Source of the DNA: Rubripirellula sp.
GTDB lineage: Bacteria; Planctomycetota; Planctomycetia; Pirellulales; Pirellulaceae
Length of the DNA: 64,000 nucleotides
NCBI GenBank assembly: GCA_965216875.1
Contig: OZ244207.1
Coordinates: 7,040,001-7,104,000, forward strand
Direction of reading: 5' to 3'
Shown here: positions 45,522-53,795 of the stretch, one piece after another
Layout of the letters: each line of letters opens with the position of its first letter
Position numbering within the stretch: the first letter of the stretch is position 1
Made by a program: the position numbers and the translations under genes
The notes under the pieces: generated by a model
Databases searched by the model: none
Told to the model about the DNA's origin: nothing
The model's input: the letters and a program-made list of their open reading frames with translations, nothing else

Positions 45522-47612
45522 CTACTTCGCTTGAAGCCTGCGCATCACTTCTTTTCCATAAACTTCACTGGGGTCACCCGCGTTTGGAGGTAGAACAACC
45601 TGCACCTCGCCGACCTGCTGTGAGGCCATCAGCAACAGTTGCGGCATTTGAACGAATCGGCTGACGTTCAACAGATCGGGTGCGACTCGATTGCTGGTCG
45701 GTAGATTGACGAGCACAAGTTGGTTGATGTTCGGCTCAAACAGCGAAGCATGGAGTGCCCAGAATGCTGATTCGCCGTCGCCAAACAACACACGCGGAAC
45801 TTTTTCAAAACCGTCGAGCGAAGCGAGAGCTTGCATCGCTCGACGGACGTCCCAGATTTGCATCGTCGCCGCGGTCTGCCCCAACTGCATGAAACGGCGG
45901 CGGATATGCGTGTTGGCTCGCTCGTCATCATCCCACTGAGTCAATCCGACGCCGCGCGGCGCGAAATAGACGTACACGTTGTCGGTGTTGCGGACTTGAT
46001 TGGCGAGGCGTTGCCATGATTCGAAGTGATGGTCGCCAATGCCTAGGTGGTCAGTGGCTAGGTGGTCGGGCCAGACGGTGGCGAGCGTCCCAGCGGTTGG
46101 AGCCCAAACCTGTTGGTCCACGACCGTAAGAATGATCTGTTTGGGCTTTGCTTCTGAGTCTGCTTTGCGAAACGCATAGAGCGTCAAACGGTACGGTTCT
46201 TGGCTATCGAATTCGATCCGCTCGGCGATCACACCGTCGCGGCGAATCGTCGAGACGACCTTGGCATTGAGTGGCGTGACATCCGTTCCGCGCGGCCAAC
46301 CACCGTAGGTCTTTTCGGTAAGTTGATTGAGCCAAACCTCGCATTGCGACGCCAATTCGCTTTCATCAGGGACGAATGCAGGGTCGGCTTGTGGCACAAA
46401 TGTCTCGTGGACCTTGGTGACGATCTCATCCTCAGGCAGTTCGTTCTCAAAGACTTTCAGCTGCTTGGGTTCGAAGTACTTCCCGGCTGTCTTTTCCACC
46501 AGTGTGTCGTCATCACGCAGGTGCCGATTGAACCAGCGAAACGCATGAATGCGCAGTTCTTGAGTGTCTTTGTGGGGGCCTTCGGTGATGTGCAGTCCAA
46601 GCTTGCCCTGTTCTCCGTAAAGGTCGTACACCTTGCGGACCTTGGCATGGACATCGACGACGCCTTCGAGCGGGAAAATGCGGTCTTTGTCGGTGTTCGA
46701 AATCAGGAGTGGCCGCGGCGCGACGAGCGCCGCAACCATTGGGTAGTCCCAACGGAATGTGTTGACCATGAACATGCAGTCGCAGTGGCCTTCAACGCAG
46801 CCATCGACGACATGGTTTTCGAGGCTTGTGATCCCCGCGACGGGAACCGCGCATTTGACCCGTTCATCGAGCGCCGCGACCCACCACGAATAGGCCCCGC
46901 CCCCGCTGCGCCCGGTGACTCCGATCCGATCTTTGTCGACCTCGGGGCGCGATTCCAGGTAATCAATGGCGCGAATGCCGTTCCACGCTTCGACGCCAGC
47001 CGGAGTGTAGCCGCGGTTGTTCCACCACCACATCTTTTCGCGATAGGTGCCATGGTGCAGCCCTTCGATTTCGCCAAGTTGAATCGTGTCGATCGTCAGG
47101 CAAACGTACCCGTTTCGAGCGAACCAACTGCCGTGATGGTGGTAGTGCACCTTGTTGCCGTAGCTGACGCCATCTTCTTTGACCCGTCCGTGGCCACAAA
47201 CGTAAAGAATGGCGGGCAGGGGTTCGTCCTGTTTCTTGGGGCGATAGAGATTGCCGGTTACATAGAGTCCAGGGCGTGATTGAAAGTGCAGACGCTCAAC
47301 GACAAACGTGTCTTCTTCAGTCGTGCCTGTGATTGTCGCCTTGAGCGGCGTTCGCTTGGCCAGCGGATCGAGTCCGAGCATATCGAAGAGTTGTTCTCGA
47401 TATTGGCCGCGGCGTCGTTGCCAATCGTCAAGTGTATCGATGTCCGAGAAGGTGGTTTTGGTAATGGCTTCCGTTTGAGCGCGGAAGTATTCGGTCACCA
47501 GTTCGTCGCCCCGTGCTGTCGTGGGTGACGTTTGCGCGTGTGCGGTGAGACCCAGCAACAGGGTGATCGCGAAAGAAATGCCAGCAGTGGCGAGGTGGGA
47601 AATGCGACGCAT
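45522..47612 (-). CDS. secreted alpha/beta hydrolase (acetylxylan-esterase/dienelactone hydrolase-like), two-domain
   Basis: LYVCGH, RAIDYLESRPEVD, GVTGRSGGG nucleophile elbow, GHCDC, APRPLL; degenerate second domain. Confidence 0.85.
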   Translation of the reverse strand: MRRISHLATAGISFAITLLLGLTAHAQTSPTTARGDELVTEYFRAQTEAITKTTFSDIDTLDDWQRRRGQYREQLFDMLGLDPLAKRTPLKATITGTTEEDTFVVERLHFQSRPGLYVTGNLYRPKKQDEPLPAILYVCGHGRVKEDGVSYGNKVHYHHHGSWFARNGYVCLTIDTIQLGEIEGLHHGTYREKMWWWNNRGYTPAGVEAWNGIRAIDYLESRPEVDKDRIGVTGRSGGGAYSWWVAALDERVKCAVPVAGITSLENHVVDGCVEGHCDCMFMVNTFRWDYPMVAALVAPRPLLISNTDKDRIFPLEGVVDVHAKVRKVYDLYGEQGKLGLHITEGPHKDTQELRIHAFRWFNRHLRDDDTLVEKTAGKYFEPKQLKVFENELPEDEIVTKVHETFVPQADPAFVPDESELASQCEVWLNQLTEKTYGGWPRGTDVTPLNAKVVSTIRRDGVIAERIEFDSQEPYRLTLYAFRKADSEAKPKQIILTVVDQQVWAPTAGTLATVWPDHLATDHLGIGDHHFESWQRLANQVRNTDNVYVYFAPRGVGLTQWDDDERANTHIRRRFMQLGQTAATMQIWDVRRAMQALASLDGFEKVPRVLFGDGESAFWALHASLFEPNINQLVLVNLPTSNRVAPDLLNVSRFVQMPQLLLMASQQVGEVQVVLPPNAGDPSEVYGKEVMRRLQAK

Positions 47613-47700
47613 CTTGTCCGCCTGTCTTGGAGGTGGGGTTCAAAGACAAGCAAATATCATAGTCGTTGGTCATGGTCCGCATGACGTGCATTCGCAGCCC

Positions 47701-47778
47701 GTAGCTACCTTCGCCAGAAGGTGGTTGCCATTGGTGAACCACTTTCCGTCATCACCACGCTCTGGCGAGCGTAGGAAC
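47701..47778. repeat. family B REP doublet
   Basis: GTAGCTACCTTCGCCAGAAGGTGG...CCACGCTCTGGCGAGCGTAG. Confidence 0.85.
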
Positions 47779-47786
47779 GAGAGTGT

Positions 47787-49067
47787 TTACAGCTCGAGAA
47801 ACAGTCGCGCGGGGTCTTCGATGGTTTCTTTGATCGTTCGCAAGAAACCGACCGCTTCGCGTCCGTCGACAATGCGATGGTCGTAGGTCAATGCGACATA
47901 CATCATCGGTCGAATCACAACGTTGCCATCGATGGCAACGGGACGTTCTTGGATCGAATGCAGACCGAGGATCCCACTTTGTGGTGGATTGACGATAGGC
48001 GTGCTCAGCAGCGAACCGTAGACACCACCGTTGCTGATCGTGAACGTGCCACCGATCAAGTCTTCGGGTTGCAGTCGATTCTCGCCAGCTTGTCGCGCGA
48101 AGTCACTGATCGTCGCTTCGACATTTGCAAAGGACATGCGTTCGACGTTTCGCAAGACGGGGACCACGAGTCCCTTGCCGCCACCAATCGCGATTCCGAT
48201 GTCGTGGTAATGCCGATAGACGATGTTGTCATCTCGGATTTCGGCATTGACGGCGGGATAGCGACGCAGTGCTTCGACCGTGGCCTTGGCAAAGAACGAC
48301 ATGAAGCCAAGTTTGACGCCGTGTCGCTCGGCAAACTTGTCTTTGTATTTTTTCCGAATCGCCATGACTGGTTGCATGTCGATCTCGTTGAATGTGGTCA
48401 GCAACGCGGCAGTCTGCTGTGCTTGCACCAATCGGGATGCGATGGTGCGCCGCAACATGCTCAGCGGTTTGACCTCTTCGCTTCGCAGCGCCGATCCGTC
48501 GGTGACCAACGAAGTTTCGGCGACGGACCTTGCAGCGGGAGGTGCGGGGGCAGCCGGAGGTGCAGGCGCGGCTGCGGGTGGCGCTGATGTTTTTGGTTTG
48601 TTGGCCAAGAAGCGAAGCACATCTTCTTTGAGCAACCGTCCGCCGGGACCGGTCGCCGGAACGTCACTGGCGCTCAGCTGGTTCTCTTCGAGCAATCGTC
48701 GTGCGGCAGGCATCACCAAAGTTGCTTTGCCACCTGTCGGTGCTTCACTTGCCGCGGGAGCGTTGGACGCAGGTGCGGAGGCCGCCGGCGCAGGTGCGGA
48801 CGATTCGCCGCTTGCGGGTTGTTCTGCGACCTGGATGCTCGCGATCACATCTCCAACTGCCGCAAAGTCTTCTTCGTTTTTGGTGATCTGTTGTAGAAAG
48901 CCGGAAGCGGGCGACGGGATTTGGACGGAGGCCTTTTCGGTTTCGATCTCGACCAAGTCTTCGCCCGAGGCGACCCAGTCACCTTCGGATTTCAACCACG
49001 TGCCAATTTGAACTTCGCTGATCGATTCCCCTACGGTGGGAACTTCGACGGGAATGACTTCGCTCAC
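47787..49067 (-). CDS. sucB: 2-oxoglutarate dehydrogenase E2 (dihydrolipoyllysine-residue succinyltransferase)
   Basis: Lipoyl domain [10 protein letters not shown]...ETEKA; E3-binding [42 protein letters not shown] start at 49067. Confidence 0.93.
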   Translation of the reverse strand: MSEVIPVEVPTVGESISEVQIGTWLKSEGDWVASGEDLVEIETEKASVQIPSPASGFLQQITKNEEDFAAVGDVIASIQVAEQPASGESSAPAPAASAPASNAPAASEAPTGGKATLVMPAARRLLEENQLSASDVPATGPGGRLLKEDVLRFLANKPKTSAPPAAAPAPPAAPAPPAARSVAETSLVTDGSALRSEEVKPLSMLRRTIASRLVQAQQTAALLTTFNEIDMQPVMAIRKKYKDKFAERHGVKLGFMSFFAKATVEALRRYPAVNAEIRDDNIVYRHYHDIGIAIGGGKGLVVPVLRNVERMSFANVEATISDFARQAGENRLQPEDLIGGTFTISNGGVYGSLLSTPIVNPPQSGILGLHSIQERPVAIDGNVVIRPMMYVALTYDHRIVDGREAVGFLRTIKETIEDPARLFLEL

Positions 49068-49412
49068 GAGACTTTTTCGCTGCGTATTTTGATGAATGGG
49101 TTTTCGTTGGGCGTTCAAGATACCGCCAATTGGTTCACTCTGGCAGGGAGGCACTCGCAGAGAGCAGCTTGGCCCACAGAGACGCGATTTTCATAGGCAC
49201 AGGGGCAAGTTTGACGGGACGAGAAGATTTGCGGTTTTTGAGGTCTGGGGCAGCTGGCGCGAACACTCGACAGGCAACGGGGCAAACCGTCCGAATCTGG
49301 CGCAGCTGGCTGGCCCCCGCGCTGCCCCTTGATCGATTTCTACCAAGTGTGGACGACCCCAACGGGGCGTTCGAGAGGAATCGACCCGTAGATCACTCCG
49401 GTAAACAAACCG

Positions 49413-50501
49413 ATGTCAGAATCAGGCGAACGTGGCAATCCAATCCAGGCGGCAGTTGTCGTCCTGCTGTTGGTCGGCGGCGGCTGGTACTTCTTTCAGA
49501 ACTACAACATCAGCGGCCTCGATGGCGTTTCGGTCAGCCCCAAAGGTGAGGCCGCCGCGGAAGATCAGTCCTACATCAGCTATCGCGACAATTTCGACGA
49601 CTTTGCGTCGCAAGCCATCACCGCTAACTCCGATTCCGCGGCCCTCAGTCCAGAGAATCCGTTTACCGAAGCGAAGCAGAGCGGCGCAAGTCTCGTTGCG
49701 GCGACTCCCGTTGCCGCGCGGTCGTTCCAGCACATCAAGATCGCTTCCTGGGCGCTCGATGGTTTTGGACCAACCAAGTTGGCCAATCCGTCGGCACGAA
49801 AACACCTCGCTCAGGTCGTTCGTCAGTTCGACATCGTCGCGCTGCAACAGATTGCTTCGATCGAACGCGACCTTGTGCCACGTTTGGTCGACGCGATCAA
49901 CGAGGGTCAAAACAGGTACGACTACATACTTGGCAAATCGGTTGGTCCCAAAGATCGTCCCGAACAGCTGGCCTTCATTTTTGACACGACTTCCGTTCGA
50001 GTTGATCGACGCCAAACCTACACATTGGCGGATCCGAAGCAGCAGTTTGAATTTGATCCGCTTGTCGCTTGGTTCCGTGCGGCAAAACCCAATGCGGGTG
50101 AAGCTTGGACGTTTTCGCTGGTCAACGTTCGTATCGACCTTGCTCGCGCACCCGACGAAGTTGCGTTGTTGCCAAACATGATGGACGCAATTCGACAAGA
50201 TGGCCGCAATGAAGATGACGTCATCATGACGGGTTTGTTCCAGGCAGACGACTCCTACCTCGTGCCAACGATGGCGGATGAAGAAACCAAGGTCGCGGTA
50301 CGAAGTCTGCCGACCGACATCTTTGGCCGCTATCAAACCAGCAACATCCTTCTCGATGGTGCAACGACAAGCGAGTACCTTGGCCGTGGAGGCGCCTATG
50401 ACTTTCCACGCGTGTTGGGGCTGAACCTTGTCGAGGCCGAAACGGTGACCAGCCAATTGCCGGTCTATGCCGAGTTCACGGCCGTCGAAGGCGGACTATA
50501 A
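49413..50501 (+). CDS. membrane-anchored DNase I-like (EEP fold) protein with degenerate active site
   Basis: N-terminal TM; IKIASW, FDIVALQQI, EQLAFIFD, FEFDPLVAWF, FSLVNV, EDDVIMTG, LPVYAEF follow the DNase I/EEP layout. Confidence 0.75.
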   Translation: MSESGERGNPIQAAVVVLLLVGGGWYFFQNYNISGLDGVSVSPKGEAAAEDQSYISYRDNFDDFASQAITANSDSAALSPENPFTEAKQSGASLVAATPVAARSFQHIKIASWALDGFGPTKLANPSARKHLAQVVRQFDIVALQQIASIERDLVPRLVDAINEGQNRYDYILGKSVGPKDRPEQLAFIFDTTSVRVDRRQTYTLADPKQQFEFDPLVAWFRAAKPNAGEAWTFSLVNVRIDLARAPDEVALLPNMMDAIRQDGRNEDDVIMTGLFQADDSYLVPTMADEETKVAVRSLPTDIFGRYQTSNILLDGATTSEYLGRGGAYDFPRVLGLNLVEAETVTSQLPVYAEFTAVEGGL

Positions 50502-50528
50502 CCCTTCACGCGGGTCATCGGAAGCTGG

Positions 50529-51089
50529 TCAGCCTACACCGGCGACCTCGGCTGCTTTGTAAACGATGCGAGCACGTTTGAATCCGAGGCGCTCGTACAA
50601 CCGCACGGCACCGGTATTGTCGGTGGTCACTTCCAAGTGCATGCGTGTCATGCCCGCGATACGAAAACCGCGCGCCGCTTGAAACAGCAGGATCGATCCG
50701 AGCCCTCGGTCGCGATGGTTTCGGTCGACGCCAAGGTTCTGGATTGCGCCCCAGCCTTCGAGCTGCAATCCTTGAATCGTGCCCACGGGAAGCCAACGTC
50801 CGACTTCCGTATCGTGAAAGCGAAGCAGCCACGTTGCTTCGGGGACAAAGGCCGCTCGGGAGACGATCTCGCGCATTAGCCGCAGGCATCCGTCTCGGCG
50901 ACCGAGACAGGGAAACACGTTGGCGTCCAGCTCTTGTCGAAAGCTCTGATACTTGGCCGTTGCGTGTTCGCGAACCAAATGTTCCGAAAACGGGACCAGT
51001 TCGTACCCCTCGGGCAACGCTCGCTCGGAGGGCAGCGGTTGCGCCAAATCAAACTCCATTCGATATCGCTTGAAGTAGGTCAAGCCCAT
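50529..51089 (-). CDS. GNAT family N-acetyltransferase
   Basis: NLGVDRNHRDRGLG, LEVTTDNTGAVRLYERLGF; ATG at 51089 inferred. Confidence 0.88.
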   Translation of the reverse strand: MGLTYFKRYRMEFDLAQPLPSERALPEGYELVPFSEHLVREHATAKYQSFRQELDANVFPCLGRRDGCLRLMREIVSRAAFVPEATWLLRFHDTEVGRWLPVGTIQGLQLEGWGAIQNLGVDRNHRDRGLGSILLFQAARGFRIAGMTRMHLEVTTDNTGAVRLYERLGFKRARIVYKAAEVAGVG

Positions 51090-51440
51090 CGGTTGGTCCG
51101 TTCCGCGAAGTTGGGACTGAAAAGGGGGTAATACGGTAAGCCTAACATGTAGAGCCGAAAGGGCCAGTTTTTGGTTCGCGAAACCCCGATTTCGTCGGCT
51201 CGCGAATGGACGGGAATCTTGCCTTGACCGCCTCACACGGATGAAAACTGCCTGGGTAGCCGGGTCTGCTATAAACCCTCGGTCCTCAAACCTGCTAGCT
51301 CAAAGTATAAGTGCGTCAGAGTGTGGGGCCGACGAGGACCCTATTTCGGCGCGAGTACCCTCTTCCGGAGAACATCGCTGGTGAGAGTCCCGGCGGGATC
51401 GTGGCCTTCAGGACTCCTGTGAACTTAGCTTGTTTGAAAG

Positions 51441-52439
51441 ATGCACGAAGAGACAACGCCTTGCGACGAATCGAGTCAACTTGATGACCGGGAATCGTTC
51501 CCGGCCATCATCGACGACTGCGTCGTGCTGACTGGTCCGACGGCATCGGGAAAAAGCTCCGTCGCGATTTCACTTGCCAATCGTATCGACGGTGAGATCA
51601 TTTCGCTCGATTCGATTGCCGTTTATCGAATGATGGACATCGGAACGGCAAAGCCTAGCCTGGCGGAACAGCAAGCCGTTCCCCATCACATGATTGACGT
51701 GGTGGATGCCTGTGATGAGTACAGTGTTGCGATGTACCTCAAAGCGGCTCACGGAATCGTCAAAGAGATTCGTGACCGTGGCCGCAAGGCAATTTTCGTT
51801 GGCGGGACACCCATGTTCTTGAAGGGTGTCTTGCGAGGATTTGATCCCGGGCCGCCCGCCGATTGGGAGTTTCGCCAAGCGGTCGAGTCGGATGTTGAAA
51901 AGCACGGTGCCGAAGCGTTGCGTCGCCGACTTGAGCAGGTTGATCCGTTGGCTGCACATCGCATCGATCCCAACGACGTGCGGCGGATGATTCGCGCTTT
52001 GGAAGTCGCTCGTTCGACCGGAGTGCCAATGAGCCATCGTCAGATTCAGTTTGATCGTCAGCGTTCTGCCGACAGCTGTCATGTTTTCGCGATGGCTTGG
52101 CCGCGCGCGGAACTGCATGATCGGATCAACGAACGCGTCAAACGGATGTTCGACGATGGGTTGGTCGACGAGGTCAAGGGATTGCTTGACAAGTTTGGCA
52201 CCCTTTCAAGAACCGCGGCCCAAGCCGTCGGGTATCGCGAAGTCATCACCTATTTGAACGACGATGGTGATCTCGACCAGACCGTCGAAGAGGTCTCGGC
52301 ACACACTCGCCAGCTCGCGAGACGACAAGAAACCTGGTTTCGATCGTTCAGTGAGATTGAGCCGGTCGAGATTCAAGAGCCTATCGATGCGGAAGCGGTC
52401 GCCGACAAAATCGCTTCCCGTATCGAAGCTAAGTCATGA
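51441..52439 (+). CDS. miaA: tRNA dimethylallyltransferase
   Basis: GPTASGKS, DSIAVYRMMDIGTAKP, VGGT, RALEV, AVGYRE, RQLARRQETWFR. Confidence 0.96.
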   Translation: MHEETTPCDESSQLDDRESFPAIIDDCVVLTGPTASGKSSVAISLANRIDGEIISLDSIAVYRMMDIGTAKPSLAEQQAVPHHMIDVVDACDEYSVAMYLKAAHGIVKEIRDRGRKAIFVGGTPMFLKGVLRGFDPGPPADWEFRQAVESDVEKHGAEALRRRLEQVDPLAAHRIDPNDVRRMIRALEVARSTGVPMSHRQIQFDRQRSADSCHVFAMAWPRAELHDRINERVKRMFDDGLVDEVKGLLDKFGTLSRTAAQAVGYREVITYLNDDGDLDQTVEEVSAHTRQLARRQETWFRSFSEIEPVEIQEPIDAEAVADKIASRIEAKS

Positions 52440-52835
52440 CGCCACTTCTTTGTGCCGCATCGACCGAATGAACGCGCCGATGGCCGCAACACTGTAGCTG
52501 GGGACCATCAAAAACAGCGCGGTGAGCGGGGCAAACATGGCGGTCGCGAAACCTGCCATCAGTTCAGCGGGTTTGGGCGTCGATCCGCTCATGGCCATGA
52601 CTTGCATCGATGCGATCATGCCTTGAAACGCAGCGAACAGTCCAATCATCAGAGGCACGTTCACGATCAGGACAAGCGCTGCGGCCGACATTGGTCCGCG
52701 GCCTCGAACCAAGATCACAATCGTCAGCACAAAGCTCACCAATGCTGCGAAAAACAAAGCAGCGGTGTAAAAGAATCCGAGTGACTGGAACGTCATCGAA
52801 AGGAACGACTGCGGGACTGCTTCGGAGGATGCCAT
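52434..52835 (-). CDS. small membrane protein, MotA/TolQ/ExbB-like helices
   Basis: PLMIGLFAAFQGMIASM...PAELMAGFATAM resembles the MotA/ExbB channel signature. Confidence 0.6.
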   Translation of the reverse strand: MASSEAVPQSFLSMTFQSLGFFYTAALFFAALVSFVLTIVILVRGRGPMSAAALVLIVNVPLMIGLFAAFQGMIASMQVMAMSGSTPKPAELMAGFATAMFAPLTALFLMVPSYSVAAIGAFIRSMRHKEVAS

Positions 52836-52868
52836 GGTGGTGATTCCAGATGCTTCGGGTCGCGTGGC

Positions 52869-53795
52869 TTAGGTGACAAGCCCCTTGGTGACTGTCATGA
52901 AGACGTCTTCAAGTGTCGGGTCGCGATCATTAAAGGATCGCATCCGTACGCCTTCGCGAATGAGTTGTTCCATCAGTGCGGCCAAGCCTTCATCGTCGGT
53001 CTCCAACTCGGCGACCACGCCCGTTGGTTCCATTTCGAGCGAACGCAAGTCGGGGCTGCTGCGCAGAATCGACATTCCAGCTTCCTCGCCTGAGATGAAT
53101 TGGATCTCGACGATTCGGTTGCGACGAATCTGGCGATAGACGCTGTCGATGGGGCCGTGCATCAACAGTTGGCCGCGTTCGATGATGCCGATCGACGTAC
53201 AACAGTCGGCGAGTTCGGTCAAAATGTGACTGCTGATCAAGATGGTTTTGCCCATCTTGCGAAGTTCCTTCAACAGCGCTTTGACTTCGACACGTGCGCG
53301 TGGATCGAGGCCACTGGCAGGTTCGTCAAGGATCAGCACCGGTGGGTCATGGACAAGTGTCTTTGCCAAGCAGAGCCGTTGTTTCATCCCGCGCGACAAG
53401 CCGTTGACGAAGTCGTCGCGTTTGTGGGTGAGATCAAGCAACTCGAGAACGTTGTCAATGATCTGTTTGCGTTCGGTGCGTCCGATTCGATAGGCAACGG
53501 CAAAGAAGTCGAGGAATTCCCAGACTCGCATGCCGTCATAAACGCCAAAGTTGTCGGGCATGTACCCGACCGCTTGGCGAACGCCGACGGGATCGCCCAT
53601 CACATCGCATCCGGCAACGGTGCCATTGCCTCGACTCGCGCGCAGCAGCGTTGCCAGGAACCGAATCGTGGTGCTCTTCCCTGCACCATTGGGGCCGATG
53701 AAACCGAAGGTCTCACCCGCTTCGATGTTTAAGTCAATCGACTCGACCGCAGTGAAATCACCGTAGTCTTTTCCAAACCCGGTCAACGTGATCAT
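52869..53795 (-). CDS. ABC transporter ATP-binding protein (ABC-2 type)
   Basis: GPNGAGKST, LSRGMKQR, LDEPASGLDP, ISSHIL. Confidence 0.95.
   Translation of the reverse strand: MITLTGFGKDYGDFTAVESIDLNIEAGETFGFIGPNGAGKSTTIRFLATLLRASRGNGTVAGCDVMGDPVGVRQAVGYMPDNFGVYDGMRVWEFLDFFAVAYRIGRTERKQIIDNVLELLDLTHKRDDFVNGLSRGMKQRLCLAKTLVHDPPVLILDEPASGLDPRARVEVKALLKELRKMGKTILISSHILTELADCCTSIGIIERGQLLMHGPIDSVYRQIRRNRIVEIQFISGEEAGMSILRSSPDLRSLEMEPTGVVAELETDDEGLAALMEQLIREGVRMRSFNDRDPTLEDVFMTVTKGLVT

Noticed and set aside
47787..49067. sucB without adjacent sucA/lpd as an anomaly
   Set aside because: Dispersed pathway genes are common in planctomycetes, so this is not informative from one window
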